Positions 18,000-27,321 of a DNA stretch of 64,000 nt are shown piece by piece. The translations under genes were made by a program, and so were the position numbers. The notes under the pieces are model-generated. The model did not search any database, was not told where the DNA came from, and saw only the letters and a list, made by a program, of their open reading frames with translations. The stretch's first letter is position 1. The number at the start of each line of letters is the position of its first letter. The DNA is from a virus, in IMG/VR virus record IMGVR_UViG_3300036791_001056, positions 82,954-146,953 of that record. One strand, given 5' to 3'.

Positions 18000-18665
18000 C
18001 TACTCACCCTTTGGAGTGGAGTTTCGCGCTGCTCCACCTTCACGCGCCACACTCATCAATGTTGAGTAACGGCCCACGCCAGCACGCAGCGCTTGCTGAT
18101 ACCGCTTACGCTCAGCAGGCGTTAGCGCGGCGATCTCTGCCTGCTGCCGTGCGTATTCATCACGACCAGCGGTGCGCTCCGGCGCCACCTCACCTAGTGT
18201 GCTGATGCCAATGCCTAGCGCACGCTTATGCCCCTTGCCCTCATCTCGTGCACGGAAGTACGCCTCACGTCCCGCTGGCTGCAGACTGCGCACCTCATCC
18301 GAGTTGACTTGATCAGCAGCTCGCGGACTGTCGCGCCACGTGCGCTTATTAGTACCGTGGGGAGGGTTGGTCACCTTAGCCATCGCTGAGCTGTGCGGGA
18401 TGTTTGCGTCGCGCAGCCGGTTATACCGCTTGCGCTGCTGGGGAGTGAGCGCATCAACTTCACTCTCACCCAAGCCAGCTCCCACGTGGACCCACTCACC
18501 GTGAGGCCCGCGCGGCTCAGCCGGGTTGAACCGCTTCACAGCATCAGGCTCAGCCGCCGCCTTGAAAACCAGCGCCGGATCGAAGATGCGCAGCGCCAGG
18601 TGCGCGCGGATCTCGTTCCGCCGCCGCTCCAGCTCAGCGCTATACTCAAACTCGTCACTCAGCAT
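18000..18665 (-). CDS. Head-associated protein with KRFNPAEPRGPHGEW motif and internal helical repeats
   Basis: ATG preceded by AGGAG. Three (A/S)L(T/Q)P...Y...R repeats. Confidence 0.7.
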   Translation of the reverse strand: MLSDEFEYSAELERRRNEIRAHLALRIFDPALVFKAAAEPDAVKRFNPAEPRGPHGEWVHVGAGLGESEVDALTPQQRKRYNRLRDANIPHSSAMAKVTNPPHGTNKRTWRDSPRAADQVNSDEVRSLQPAGREAYFRARDEGKGHKRALGIGISTLGEVAPERTAGRDEYARQQAEIAALTPAERKRYQQALRAGVGRYSTLMSVAREGGAARNSTPKGE

Positions 18666-21066
18666 CCGCGTCTCCTGACTTGTACGCCGTAGGATAACCG
18701 CGCGACTCACCAACGCCTGCGCTGGCCTGCCCCCGGAGGTACCCGCTCTTCGCCTGCCACATCGCCGAGTCGTGCCCGAAGCCCGCGCCGCGCGCCGCAT
18801 CATAGTCAGCGCGCTGCTCGGCAGTGAGCGCGGCGCGCTCCTGCTCAGCCGGGCTCAGCGTTGGTGCAACGGCGCTGCCCGGCGCCGGTGCCGGTGTGGG
18901 TTCAGGCGCATGACTAGGCACCGTTGGCGCGGCAGGCGCTTCTCCACGAGGAGCAGTACGCGGTCCTGACCCGTCGTGCCGGACGTCCAGGGCCTTCAGC
19001 AACCCGTTCTCGCCAGTGATTCGCTGATATGGAATCCCCTTGGCGTCGAGCGCCTGCGCGTACTGCTCCACGCGCTCAGCGTTACGCTCGTCTGAGGTAT
19101 TCCGCGCCATGATGCTGCTGCCGTTGTAGTGGCTAACCGAGACACCGTGCTCACCGCCGCTGACCTCGTAACCGGCGTAGTAAGTACGCCAGCCCCTGAC
19201 CATCTGGCTGCCGGTGGACGTAACCGGCTTGTGGCCCGCCGCGGTGAGCGCAGCACGCACCCGGCGTGCGTTCACGTCGCCCGCGATCAGGCGCTTGGCC
19301 TGCTCGACGTTGGCAGCGTGCCGCTCGGCCGGCGCCTTATCACGCACGCCGGCTTCACCACTCGCGGTCAATTCGATGGTGCGGTTTCCGAGACTGAGCT
19401 TACCGTACCCGCCGCCGAGGTCTTGCCGAGTGTCCACCATTCCCAAGAACTTACCCTTGGCATCCGTGATGTGACTGGCGAGCACTTGATACGGTCGCAC
19501 CTTGGCACCGTACTTAGCCTGCTGCTTGGTCGGGTACTGGTGCCGCGTCAGCTCGCTCGGTTCACTGTGCCGCAGATCAGCCGGGCTGATGAGTACCTGC
19601 TTCACCTTGGGCGCCTTCGGCGGCTTAAGCTTACCACCGCTCGGCGGCGTAGGAGCGTGGCTTGGCTCGGGCAGCGGTGCTCCTGGTGGAGCAGGAGCGT
19701 GTGGCGCAGCTGCCGCCAGATCCTGTGGCGCAGGAGCTGCAGCCGCTTGATTGCGCCTGAACAGCTCGGCAATCTCAGGATCAGCCGCACGCCGCCGCCA
19801 GACATTTCGCGTCGGCTCATTCAGGTCACTCCAGGCACGCGTAGGTTCTGGTCGGCCAATGCCGCTCTGAGCCCGGGTGCGCATCGTGGACTCATACATG
19901 TCTCGCGCGATTTGCTCATTCACACTACCAGTATCTGGCACCTTGTCCGGCACCGGCACGCCGCCCGCGAGCTCCGTCGCGATGCCCTTGGCGGTCTCAC
20001 CCGCCGCGGTACCCACGTTCGTGCGGGTCGTGGCGCGGTCGATGTGCGTGATGGCGGCGTCAAGGTGCGTCTTAGCATCCTCAAGCCGGCCTTCCTCAAC
20101 GGCCTGGCCCGCCTTGCGGAAGTCGCGCCCCGCGGTCATGTACCGCGAGTTGGCGCTGCCCTGCGCGCGGCTGGCCGCGGTCTCGCGGTCCATCGTGTCC
20201 GCCAGGTCACTGAGTCCCCGCATCCAGCGGCCGTGCTGGTCACGAGGCTCGGCCGGGTTATACTTCCAGCGCTTCTCGATCATCTCGGCGTCGCCTCCAG
20301 CTCCGTTCCTGGAGTCAACTATATCACTCAGCCCCAGGCGCTGGCTAGCTGCTGCCCAGATCAGCTCCCGGCGCTCATCGAGCGTCGCCTCCAGGACCAG
20401 GCTCTTGCTGACTTTTGGGACCGGAGTCACGATGACCTCCGGCACCGCGCTCTTGGCAGCGATGAGCGCCGCCTCCTGCTGGCGCAGCTCCTTGATCCGG
20501 GCCTGGAGCTGCGCGATCTGCGCGTTCACCTGCGCTAGCTGCTTGGCGCGGCTCGGCGTGGACTTGCTCGGCTTCGCTGAGGTGGCGCTGCCCTGCCCAG
20601 TCGCCCGCGTCGCGGTTCCGGTGGCGCCCGCTGCCCCGGCCGGCTTGCCGCCGCCGGTCACGGACGTGCCCCGGCCGGTCGATGCGCCCGCGGTGGCCGC
20701 GACGAGCCGAGCCTTCTGCGCCTCGAGCGACGAGAGCTGGGTGGTCAGCGCGCTGATCTGCGCGCGGATGCCGCGCAGCTGCTGCAGCTTAGGTGAGCCC
20801 GGCTGCTGCCCACTCCCAGGCGGGCGCTTACCCTGCTTGGGCTGCTTCTGCTTCTTGGACTTCTTGGGCTGCTTCTGCTGTGCGGGTGGCTGCTGGCCAC
20901 CACCCGCCGGTGCGAACTGCCCGCCGGTCGCTGCTCCGGCGGGCTGGTGGTACGGGTCAGCCTTGGTGATGACGTCGGGCACCGGCGGAAGTCCCCAGCT
21001 CGCGACCGCCGCCTCGCGGATGCGCTGCCGCTCGGCCGCGATCGTGCTGAACAGGCTAGCCGTCAC
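18655..21066 (-). CDS. Large head-associated polyprotein
   Basis: GTG preceded by GAGGAGG. Motifs TKADPYHQPAGAATGGQF and EKRWKYNPAEPRDQHGRW, coiled coils and low-complexity linkers. Confidence 0.75.
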   Translation of the reverse strand: MTASLFSTIAAERQRIREAAVASWGLPPVPDVITKADPYHQPAGAATGGQFAPAGGGQQPPAQQKQPKKSKKQKQPKQGKRPPGSGQQPGSPKLQQLRGIRAQISALTTQLSSLEAQKARLVAATAGASTGRGTSVTGGGKPAGAAGATGTATRATGQGSATSAKPSKSTPSRAKQLAQVNAQIAQLQARIKELRQQEAALIAAKSAVPEVIVTPVPKVSKSLVLEATLDERRELIWAAASQRLGLSDIVDSRNGAGGDAEMIEKRWKYNPAEPRDQHGRWMRGLSDLADTMDRETAASRAQGSANSRYMTAGRDFRKAGQAVEEGRLEDAKTHLDAAITHIDRATTRTNVGTAAGETAKGIATELAGGVPVPDKVPDTGSVNEQIARDMYESTMRTRAQSGIGRPEPTRAWSDLNEPTRNVWRRRAADPEIAELFRRNQAAAAPAPQDLAAAAPHAPAPPGAPLPEPSHAPTPPSGGKLKPPKAPKVKQVLISPADLRHSEPSELTRHQYPTKQQAKYGAKVRPYQVLASHITDAKGKFLGMVDTRQDLGGGYGKLSLGNRTIELTASGEAGVRDKAPAERHAANVEQAKRLIAGDVNARRVRAALTAAGHKPVTSTGSQMVRGWRTYYAGYEVSGGEHGVSVSHYNGSSIMARNTSDERNAERVEQYAQALDAKGIPYQRITGENGLLKALDVRHDGSGPRTAPRGEAPAAPTVPSHAPEPTPAPAPGSAVAPTLSPAEQERAALTAEQRADYDAARGAGFGHDSAMWQAKSGYLRGQASAGVGESRGYPTAYKSGDADAE

Positions 21067-21322
21067 CGGCGTCCTCCTCGTCAAGGTCGTTCTCGTAAGC
21101 CTCTTCCGGCCACGTGATGTCGGCCTCGTCCCAGTCACCGTCGGGCCAGTACTCAGCCTCTATAATAGAGCCGTCCGGGTGCCACGCGACGCGCTTGACC
21201 CGGCGGCAGGCGCGCAGGTGGATCCCGCCGCAGTGCAGGCACGGGCGCTGCCGGCCCTCTGCCTTGCCCTCGAAGATCAGCCGCGCCGCCGCCCGCTCGT
21301 CGGGCGTGAGCCTGTCTGCCAC
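21056..21322 (-). CDS. Small CxxC protein upstream of the head genes
   Basis: RBS AGGAG, CLHCGGIH motif, acidic tail; overlaps the next gene. Confidence 0.65.
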   Translation of the reverse strand: MADRLTPDERAAARLIFEGKAEGRQRPCLHCGGIHLRACRRVKRVAWHPDGSIIEAEYWPDGDWDEADITWPEEAYENDLDEEDAGDG

Positions 21323-21336
21323 TCTAACGCTCCTGG

Positions 21337-21365
21337 TTTACATCAGCCGGCCGGTGTGATATGAT
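21337..21365 (+). promoter_or_regulatory. Phage sigma70-like promoter
   Basis: TTTACA-17 bp-TATGAT with extended TGTG. Confidence 0.75.
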
Positions 21366-21397
21366 CTATACAGGAACGGAGCAGGTGGAGGAACCAG

Positions 21398-22249
21398 ATG
21401 CAGTCGTACTCAGCACTCAACCGCGTGAATCAGTGCCGATGCAGCCACACGTGGGGTGACCATTACCGCCACAACGGCGCCAACGGGTGCTACGGCAGCA
21501 CGTCAGGCCTCAAGTGCCCGTGCAGCCGGTGGCGCGGGCAGCTCACGACCCTCAAGAAGATCAGCACCACCGAGTACCGCAACCGGCTGACCTCTGTGTC
21601 GCACCGGCCGAGCATCATGTGCTGGGAGGCGGTATTCGAGACGTTCGGTGTCTCTTACATCCCGGAACCAGGCAAGGGCAAGCACGCTGGTGAGATCGCC
21701 CACGCCCTCACCACGCAAGGCTACCTGGTGCAGCGCAACTGGCTCCGGGACGTCATGCCCGCCGTCACCCAAGACAGCGCGTACACGCTGGCGCACTTCA
21801 CGGCCACGCACCTGGCGGGTGACTGGCTGGTGTTCACCGCGAGTCACGTGATCGCGCTGCGGGACGGGTTCATCACTGACACCGTAGGCGCCAGTAAAAC
21901 GGTCGCGCGCCGCATCGAATCGGTGTACTCGGTGATCCGCGTTGACAAGCCACGCCAAGGCAACCCGTACTGCGCCGTGATCAAGTGGCTGGAGTCGAAT
22001 GAGGGTACCACCTGGTCACATCACACGCACCGGTACATTGAGCACGCTGCCCGAGGGCTCGGTGGCACGATGCTGGCGTCGTTGAAGGTTGAGATTCACG
22101 AGGACGGGAGCCTGGGAGACACGGGCCTGCGCATGCACTGGGAGACGAGCCAGATCAGCCCGATCATGAAGTGTGACTGTGCTGACGTGGCGGTGTTCGG
22201 GCACTGGCCCCACTGCCGGCTGAGTGAGACCAAGAAGGTGACCACGTGA
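21398..22249 (+). CDS. Hypothetical protein
   Basis: GGAGG RBS downstream of a promoter; Cys/His-rich N-terminus. Confidence 0.7.
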   Translation: MQSYSALNRVNQCRCSHTWGDHYRHNGANGCYGSTSGLKCPCSRWRGQLTTLKKISTTEYRNRLTSVSHRPSIMCWEAVFETFGVSYIPEPGKGKHAGEIAHALTTQGYLVQRNWLRDVMPAVTQDSAYTLAHFTATHLAGDWLVFTASHVIALRDGFITDTVGASKTVARRIESVYSVIRVDKPRQGNPYCAVIKWLESNEGTTWSHHTHRYIEHAARGLGGTMLASLKVEIHEDGSLGDTGLRMHWETSQISPIMKCDCADVAVFGHWPHCRLSETKKVTT

Positions 22250-22731
22250 GCACTGAGGATTCTCTCCGCGCGTGGGCCGCGCGCTGCGCAGCCTCACCGT
22301 TCATCTCACCCGCGGAGCGCGCCGCCTGGCTCGTAATCGCCGAGCGCGGCGCTGAGTGGCCCGTCGCGCGTCATCCTGACGGCCGGCCCCGGCGCGGTGG
22401 GCCCCTGATGATGCAGAAGCTCTGCTTCCGGAACGCCGCGCTGACCGCGTTCGGCTGCACCGCGTTCGACCCGGCCGGTGCGCACTACGCCGAGGGATTC
22501 GCGCAGGGCACCGCCGGGCTGTGGTTCCATCACGCCTGGGTAGTCAGCTCGGCAGGTGAGGTGATCGAGCGGACGTGGGAGACGCCCGGTGACCGGTACG
22601 TCGGCGTGATCCTCACCCGGCGCGAGTTCACCCACGGCTGGGGCGGCTGCCAGCTCAGCACGTGGCCGATCGGCATCTCACTGGCGCCCGTCAGCGCAGA
22701 GGGAGAGACTCATGACGCACATGGCAGCTGA
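22246..22731 (+). CDS. Hypothetical protein with papain/transglutaminase-like motifs
   Basis: CFRNA...YAEGFA...HHAWVV pattern; translationally coupled. Confidence 0.6.
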   Translation: MSTEDSLRAWAARCAASPFISPAERAAWLVIAERGAEWPVARHPDGRPRRGGPLMMQKLCFRNAALTAFGCTAFDPAGAHYAEGFAQGTAGLWFHHAWVVSSAGEVIERTWETPGDRYVGVILTRREFTHGWGGCQLSTWPIGISLAPVSAEGETHDAHGS

Positions 22732-23776
22732 GGTCATCGCGCAGCACGCGCAGCTGGTCGATGACTGGCGGCACCCGCGCCTCACGCTGACGCGGTACAT
22801 CGAGGCGTTCGCGGAGGACGCGCGGCGCAGGCGCGGCTCAAGCATCGTTAACACCATGTTCTACCCGCTGTTCAGCGACCCGGCGCGCGACTTCGAGCGC
22901 TGGGTCCGGCTGGTCGGGAAGGACCTGTTCAGCGCGTGCACCTTCCAAGTCACGACCGAGATGTGCCGCGCAGTCACAGCTATCTACCAGAAGAGCACCG
23001 AGAAGACCACGCGCATCAGCGTGGCCGAGCTGCCCACCGTGGGTGATGACCTGCCAGCTGAGAGCGGGTTCGCCTGGCTGGATGAGCCGCCCGCTATGAT
23101 CGACCGCCGGGGCAAGGTCACCCGTGATCGCGCCGTCAGCTGGTGCGTGACCGCGGTCCCGAACACCATCAACGGTGACACGTGCACCGGGCTGCGCGTC
23201 ATTCTCTGGGCTGACATCACCGTGGATGATGATTACACCGCTGAGTGGCGCCCAGGCATCAAGAACCGGTCAGAGCGTGAGATCGGCCGGCTGCAGCTCC
23301 AGCACTGCTACGCGCTGCCCCTGGACACGGACTTGACGTGGAGCAGCGATCACGTGCCCACAGCCGACAACAGCATCGCCTGGCTGCACGCGATGTTCAT
23401 GCTCCTCGGCACGGAGATCCCGGCGACTCACCGCGCGATCATCCCGGCATCTGTCCAGGGCAGCGTTAAGAGGCGCGTCAAGCATCCTGCTGTCACTGTC
23501 GTGACCCTGCGGCGGGTCGCAGCACGTCCTGATGACCCGGGCACTGAACATCATCGTGAGGTTGACTGGCGGTACCGTTGGGTGGTCCAGGGCCATCACC
23601 GGCACATCGAGTCATATGAGGGCCAGAGTCATCACGCGACTCCCACGCTCAGTGACCGGGGAACCTGCGCTGTCTGCCAGGCGCGCATCACGTGGATCCG
23701 CCCGCACATCAAGGGTGCGGATGATCTACCCATGAAGCCGAGCTCCGGGCACGTGGTGTACCGGCTGAGGAGGTAA
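22712..23776 (+). CDS. Conserved phage hypothetical protein
   Basis: C-terminal RWVVQGHHR...WIRPHIKG motif, common in phage early proteins. Confidence 0.7.
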   Translation: MTHMAAEVIAQHAQLVDDWRHPRLTLTRYIEAFAEDARRRRGSSIVNTMFYPLFSDPARDFERWVRLVGKDLFSACTFQVTTEMCRAVTAIYQKSTEKTTRISVAELPTVGDDLPAESGFAWLDEPPAMIDRRGKVTRDRAVSWCVTAVPNTINGDTCTGLRVILWADITVDDDYTAEWRPGIKNRSEREIGRLQLQHCYALPLDTDLTWSSDHVPTADNSIAWLHAMFMLLGTEIPATHRAIIPASVQGSVKRRVKHPAVTVVTLRRVAARPDDPGTEHHREVDWRYRWVVQGHHRHIESYEGQSHHATPTLSDRGTCAVCQARITWIRPHIKGADDLPMKPSSGHVVYRLRR

Positions 23777-24063
23777 TGATCGTGACGTATTACGCTGTGC
23801 TGCCTGAGCTGTTCCCGGCGTGGGCTTGGGTAACTGAGGAAGACGCGCTGGGCATCACCGCGGTACTGGTGAGCAATGAGGTGCTGACCGCTGACGGGCA
23901 CCAGACGCGAGCGGGATCATCATTCGCGGTGGTAGCCGGGATAGTCATGGCGCCCGCTCCCAACATGCGCCGGCTGTACGTGTCAGCTGCGTCACTCAGC
24001 CGGATCACGGCTGCCGCGCGCTGGCCGCACGTCCAGTGGCACCATGCCCACTCGCCGCACTGA
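23776..24063 (+). CDS. Hypothetical protein
   Basis: TAATG coupling; GAGGAGG RBS. Confidence 0.55.
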   Translation: MIVTYYAVLPELFPAWAWVTEEDALGITAVLVSNEVLTADGHQTRAGSSFAVVAGIVMAPAPNMRRLYVSAASLSRITAAARWPHVQWHHAHSPH

Positions 24064-24070
24064 GCACCCG

Positions 24071-24099
24071 TTTACATTGTCTACCGCGTGTGGTATGAT
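24071..24099 (+). promoter_or_regulatory. Phage promoter, leaderless
   Basis: TTTACA-17 bp-TATGAT; ATG 7 nt downstream. Confidence 0.75.
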
Positions 24100-24106
24100 C
24101 TAGACC

Positions 24107-24361
24107 ATGAGGATGAACCAGCGGGCAGCGGTGCTCGCGGACATCACCGGGGCAGCGGGCTGGTACCGGTACGTCCTGACGTTCTACGCCCGCGAGCTGT
24201 GGCGCAGCCTACCGGGGCCGTGGTACGTGAAGATCGCGCTGATCATCGCGTGCCAGCTGATCCCGGGACCGGGCGACGAGATCGCGCTCATCGCGCTCGC
24301 CGCGTGGGCGCGCCGCAGGAAGAGCCGGAAGGAGCGTGATGCGCGTGCTGAACGTCAGTGA
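24107..24361 (+). CDS. Small membrane protein
   Basis: Hydrophobic LIPGPGDEIALIAL hairpin; follows the promoter. Confidence 0.6.
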   Translation: MRMNQRAAVLADITGAAGWYRYVLTFYARELWRSLPGPWYVKIALIIACQLIPGPGDEIALIALAAWARRRKSRKERDARAERQ

Positions 24362-24812
24362 TGAGGTGGCGCTCACGATCATCCGGGAGCGGTCGCACCT
24401 GCTGATCACCCCGGCCGAGCTGGCGCGGCGCACCGGTCGCACCCGGGGCGCGATCAGCAACTGGCAGAACCGCCGGCCGGACTTCACCGAGCTCACCGTG
24501 GCCGCCAACCTGACGAGCACCACGATCTACTGGTGGCCCGCCGTCCGGGAGTGGCTCACAGCTCAGCGCATTCCGTTCGGAGAGCCGTGCGAGCGCACCG
24601 GCCGGCACTGCTTGAGCTGCGGCTCGGGCATTCAGCTCGGCGAGCTCATCGAGCGCATCGAGCGCATCGAGCGCATCTAGCTCACGCGGCCGCCTAAGCG
24701 CGGCCAGCACCGGTTCCGGCACTTCCAGCAGGAGGACTGCCAGGCAGCGCTGCGGGCGCTCGGCCGGAACACTACGTTCACGGGAGTTTTCGAGGCGGCG
24801 GGAGGCGCATGA
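24336..24812 (+). pseudogene. HTH DNA-binding protein interrupted by an in-frame TAG (24678-24680)
   Basis: TPAELARRTGRTRGAISNW HTH. The frame stays open 43 codons past the TAG and ends at a TGA overlapping the next ATG. Confidence 0.55.
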
Positions 24813-24988
24813 TGAGCAAGATTGAGATCTGGCTGGCCTGGTACCGGTACCGGCGTGACCAGGCGCACTGCTTGTGGCTGCGCGCGACCGGCCGATGCCC
24901 AAGCTGTGGGCAGCGGCGAGGGCAGCATAAGTTCGGCTGTGTGCGCCGCTCCGGGCGCGGCGCGCAGCTCTTCGTGAACGGGATCTGA
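24809..24988 (+). CDS. Small CxxC protein (not in the ORF track)
   Basis: GGAGG RBS; MMSKIEIWLAW...CPSCG...HKFGC. Confidence 0.5.
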   Translation: MMSKIEIWLAWYRYRRDQAHCLWLRATGRCPSCGQRRGQHKFGCVRRSGRGAQLFVNGI

Positions 24989-24989
24989 G

Positions 24990-25424
24990 ATGCTGCGCAT
25001 GGGAGTCACAGGTGCGACAGGCGGCTGCACCCCGTGGCAAGCCGCCCAGCTGCGCAGCCTGCTCATGAGCTTTACCCCGAGCGAGGTGCACCACGGAGAC
25101 TGCATCGGGGTGGACGCACTGAGTCACGCCATTGCCATAGAGCTGCGTGACTGCAGCACCACTGGTAGCCCGCGCGTTCACATCCACCCACCTGAGGACA
25201 GTAAGCAGCGCGCGTTCTGCCAGTATTACGACGTCATGCACCCGCTGCAGCCGTACCTGGTGCGTGACCGTGAGATCGCAGCGTGCGACCTGCTCGTGGC
25301 GGTGCCGCACTCTCGCCAGGAGCAGCTGCGGTCAGGAACGTGGGCCACGGTGCGCTACGCCCGGGGACTTAAGTACCCGCTCATCATCCGCATCAACCCG
25401 GACGAGACCGTCGAGTTCGGCTGA
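24990..25424 (+). CDS. SLOG-family (YspA/DprA-like) nucleotide-binding protein
   Basis: GVTG, HHGDCIGVD, RDREI...DLLVAVP, SGTWATVRYA. Confidence 0.75.
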   Translation: MLRMGVTGATGGCTPWQAAQLRSLLMSFTPSEVHHGDCIGVDALSHAIAIELRDCSTTGSPRVHIHPPEDSKQRAFCQYYDVMHPLQPYLVRDREIAACDLLVAVPHSRQEQLRSGTWATVRYARGLKYPLIIRINPDETVEFG

Positions 25425-25432
25425 AGAACGGA

Positions 25433-26092
25433 GTGTTAATGATGTTCAGCGAGAGCGTGACCAGCCGGCTGGTTAACTGGAAGTTCGAGTCTGCTGAGCG
25501 GCTGATGCGCACTGAGCGGGAGCAAGAGCCGGGTAAGTATGAGGGAGATGAGTGGGACACCGTCACAGCGCTCGCGCAGACGCTCGGGAACTCGGGCTGG
25601 TTCTCCGGATCGCTCAGTGACGTCGTTCGCGCAGCGGTGGCGTGGCTGATACAGCAGCCGCTGAACGCACCAGACGATGACTCTTCCGGCAGTGAGGTCG
25701 TGACCGACTTGCTCGCAGCTGATGTCGCGCGGCGCGTTGCCCGCGAGTGCCTGGTCATCGGTGTACCGGACATTGAGCACTGGCCCGTTAACGCCAGTTC
25801 GAACTGTTGCTGTCGCGCTGGCAACAGCGGCATCGTCTGCGGTGCGTTAACTTATCGTGATTATGGAAGTGGTGAGCTGTTCACGGCAACGTGTGAGGCT
25901 GAGCTCAGCGGGCACACGCTCGCTGAGTTGCGCCAGAGCATCATCCGGCACCTGTGCAGCACCTCTCACGTCCGAGATCCATACGTGTCAGGTGGTACGT
26001 TCATGCTGAGCAGCACACCCCGTGACACCTTCAGACAGTCCGAGCCTGATCAGCCGGGCAGTGTGAGTGCACCACCGGCCGCATCATTCTGA
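25433..26092 (+). CDS. Hypothetical protein
   Basis: Continues the plus-strand operon; RBS-like GGAG. Confidence 0.55.
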   Translation: MLMMFSESVTSRLVNWKFESAERLMRTEREQEPGKYEGDEWDTVTALAQTLGNSGWFSGSLSDVVRAAVAWLIQQPLNAPDDDSSGSEVVTDLLAADVARRVARECLVIGVPDIEHWPVNASSNCCCRAGNSGIVCGALTYRDYGSGELFTATCEAELSGHTLAELRQSIIRHLCSTSHVRDPYVSGGTFMLSSTPRDTFRQSEPDQPGSVSAPPAASF

Positions 26093-26346
26093 GCATCTCT
26101 CAGCCAAGCGTAACTTAGTTAAGATGAGTGAAGACAAGCAAAACCGAGATCAGCGACAGCAAAGACAAGTGCAAGCCTAGCTTACTCAGTGATTAGCTAA
26201 GCGCAGCGCAGTTAAGATCGGCGCAGTTAAGATCGATTAAGATCAGCAAAGCAAAGCTCAGCGCGACCAAGCTGAGACCAGCACGGCAGCAGAGCCTGAT
26301 AAAGCGAAGATAAGATCAGCAGAGTGCTCAGCGCAGCGCGGCGTAG
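26092..26346 (+). ncRNA. Pentamer AGY-NN array (candidate guide RNA)
   Basis: e.g. AGC TA AGC GC AGC GC AGT TA AGA TC GGC GC AGT TA AGA TC GAT TA AGA TC AGC AA AGC AA AGC TC. Intergenic, with several in-register runs. Confidence 0.8.
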
Positions 26347-26367
26347 TCACGCCGCGCTGCTGAGCAT
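26325..26367. terminator. Hairpin closing the array between convergent genes
   Basis: CAGCGCGGCGT-AGTC-ACGCCGCGCTG, extended by TGCTCAG/CTGAGCA. Confidence 0.65.
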
Positions 26368-26375
26368 CTGAGCAG

Positions 26376-26984
26376 CTAGGGTGCTGGCGGAGTGGGCTGC
26401 TCGACCGGGGTACCCGGGGTGATGACCAGGCTCGCCGCGGTGCCCGCGACCACGTCTACGCTGATGCTGCCACTGATGTTGTTCGGGTCCGTGGCGGTGA
26501 CCACGACTCCCACCGCCGGGCTGCCCGCGATCACGGTGCACGTCAGGGTGTCCGTTGAGACGCTGAGCGTGACGGCGCTCGAGGCATCGCCACCGTTGAG
26601 CGCCGCCCCCCAGGTGAGCGTGTCAGCGGTGGGGTTGCCCTTGGAGTCCTCGGGCTCGACAACGAGATCGACCTGCTGGGTGTCGGTAAGCTGCATGACG
26701 CCATCCTTTGTGATGAGAGGTGAGCGCGCACCGGTCGACTGATCCACTGGCGCGCTGGGAGTGATCCGCAGTGCCGTCGCAAACCCGCGGTCTAGCGTGA
26801 ACTCGAACAGGTTGGTGAGAATCGCCACGGTCCGAGCCAGGTCACGGATCGCCGCGTCACCGGTGCCGGGCTGGGTGACTATGCTCGCCACCCGCACTGC
26901 CTCAGTGAGCGCCAGCTCCCTCTTGCTCTGCTCTGCCGTCAACGGCTGCTCCTCGCGGTCGGGGTTTAGTATATAGCGAAGCAT
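26376..26984 (-). CDS. Hypothetical protein with a C-terminal Ig-like beta domain
   Basis: Thr/Val-rich beta-strand pattern; downstream of terL. Confidence 0.65.
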   Translation of the reverse strand: MLRYILNPDREEQPLTAEQSKRELALTEAVRVASIVTQPGTGDAAIRDLARTVAILTNLFEFTLDRGFATALRITPSAPVDQSTGARSPLITKDGVMQLTDTQQVDLVVEPEDSKGNPTADTLTWGAALNGGDASSAVTLSVSTDTLTCTVIAGSPAVGVVVTATDPNNISGSISVDVVAGTAASLVITPGTPVEQPTPPAP

Positions 26985-27012
26985 CAGTCAGCACACCCGG
27001 ACAAGGTGCACG

Positions 27013-27321
27013 TCACGGCAACAGAGGTGAGTTTTGCTCAATCATGGGGTCCGCTGTCCTCTTCAGTGCCTCGTTATGCGCGGCGCACGCTGCCTCAGCG
27101 AGTTCGGGCGTGTCCATCATCCCGATCACGGTGTCGGCCTTCCAGTCATCTTCTCCGCCCGTCCGGGCGTAAATGGTGCGGCCGAGAGACCGGCCGGTGC
27201 GCCATGAAAGCGCAGTGAGATCAGTGGCTACGACCCTCATCCTCTCAGGAAACTCGGACGGCGCCTCCACCATCAGCCGCTTCAGGTCTCGAGGACAACT
27301 GGTGAGCCGCACTTGGGGCAC
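27013..27321 (-). CDS. Hypothetical protein (true start probably downstream)
   Basis: WRTGRSLGRTIYA...IGMMDTPELA motif. Confidence 0.55.
   Translation of the reverse strand: MPQVRLTSCPRDLKRLMVEAPSEFPERMRVVATDLTALSWRTGRSLGRTIYARTGGEDDWKADTVIGMMDTPELAEAACAAHNEALKRTADPMIEQNSPLLP

Noticed and set aside
19129-21364. Long plus-strand ORFs (469 and 495 aa) and similar antisense ORFs throughout the window
   Set aside because: These are shadow frames of GC-rich minus-strand genes, with no RBS or motifs.
26092-26346. Simple microsatellite or low-complexity DNA as the explanation for the arrays
   Set aside because: Units are non-identical, with two hypervariable positions, consistent strand polarity and clustering around a RAMP gene.
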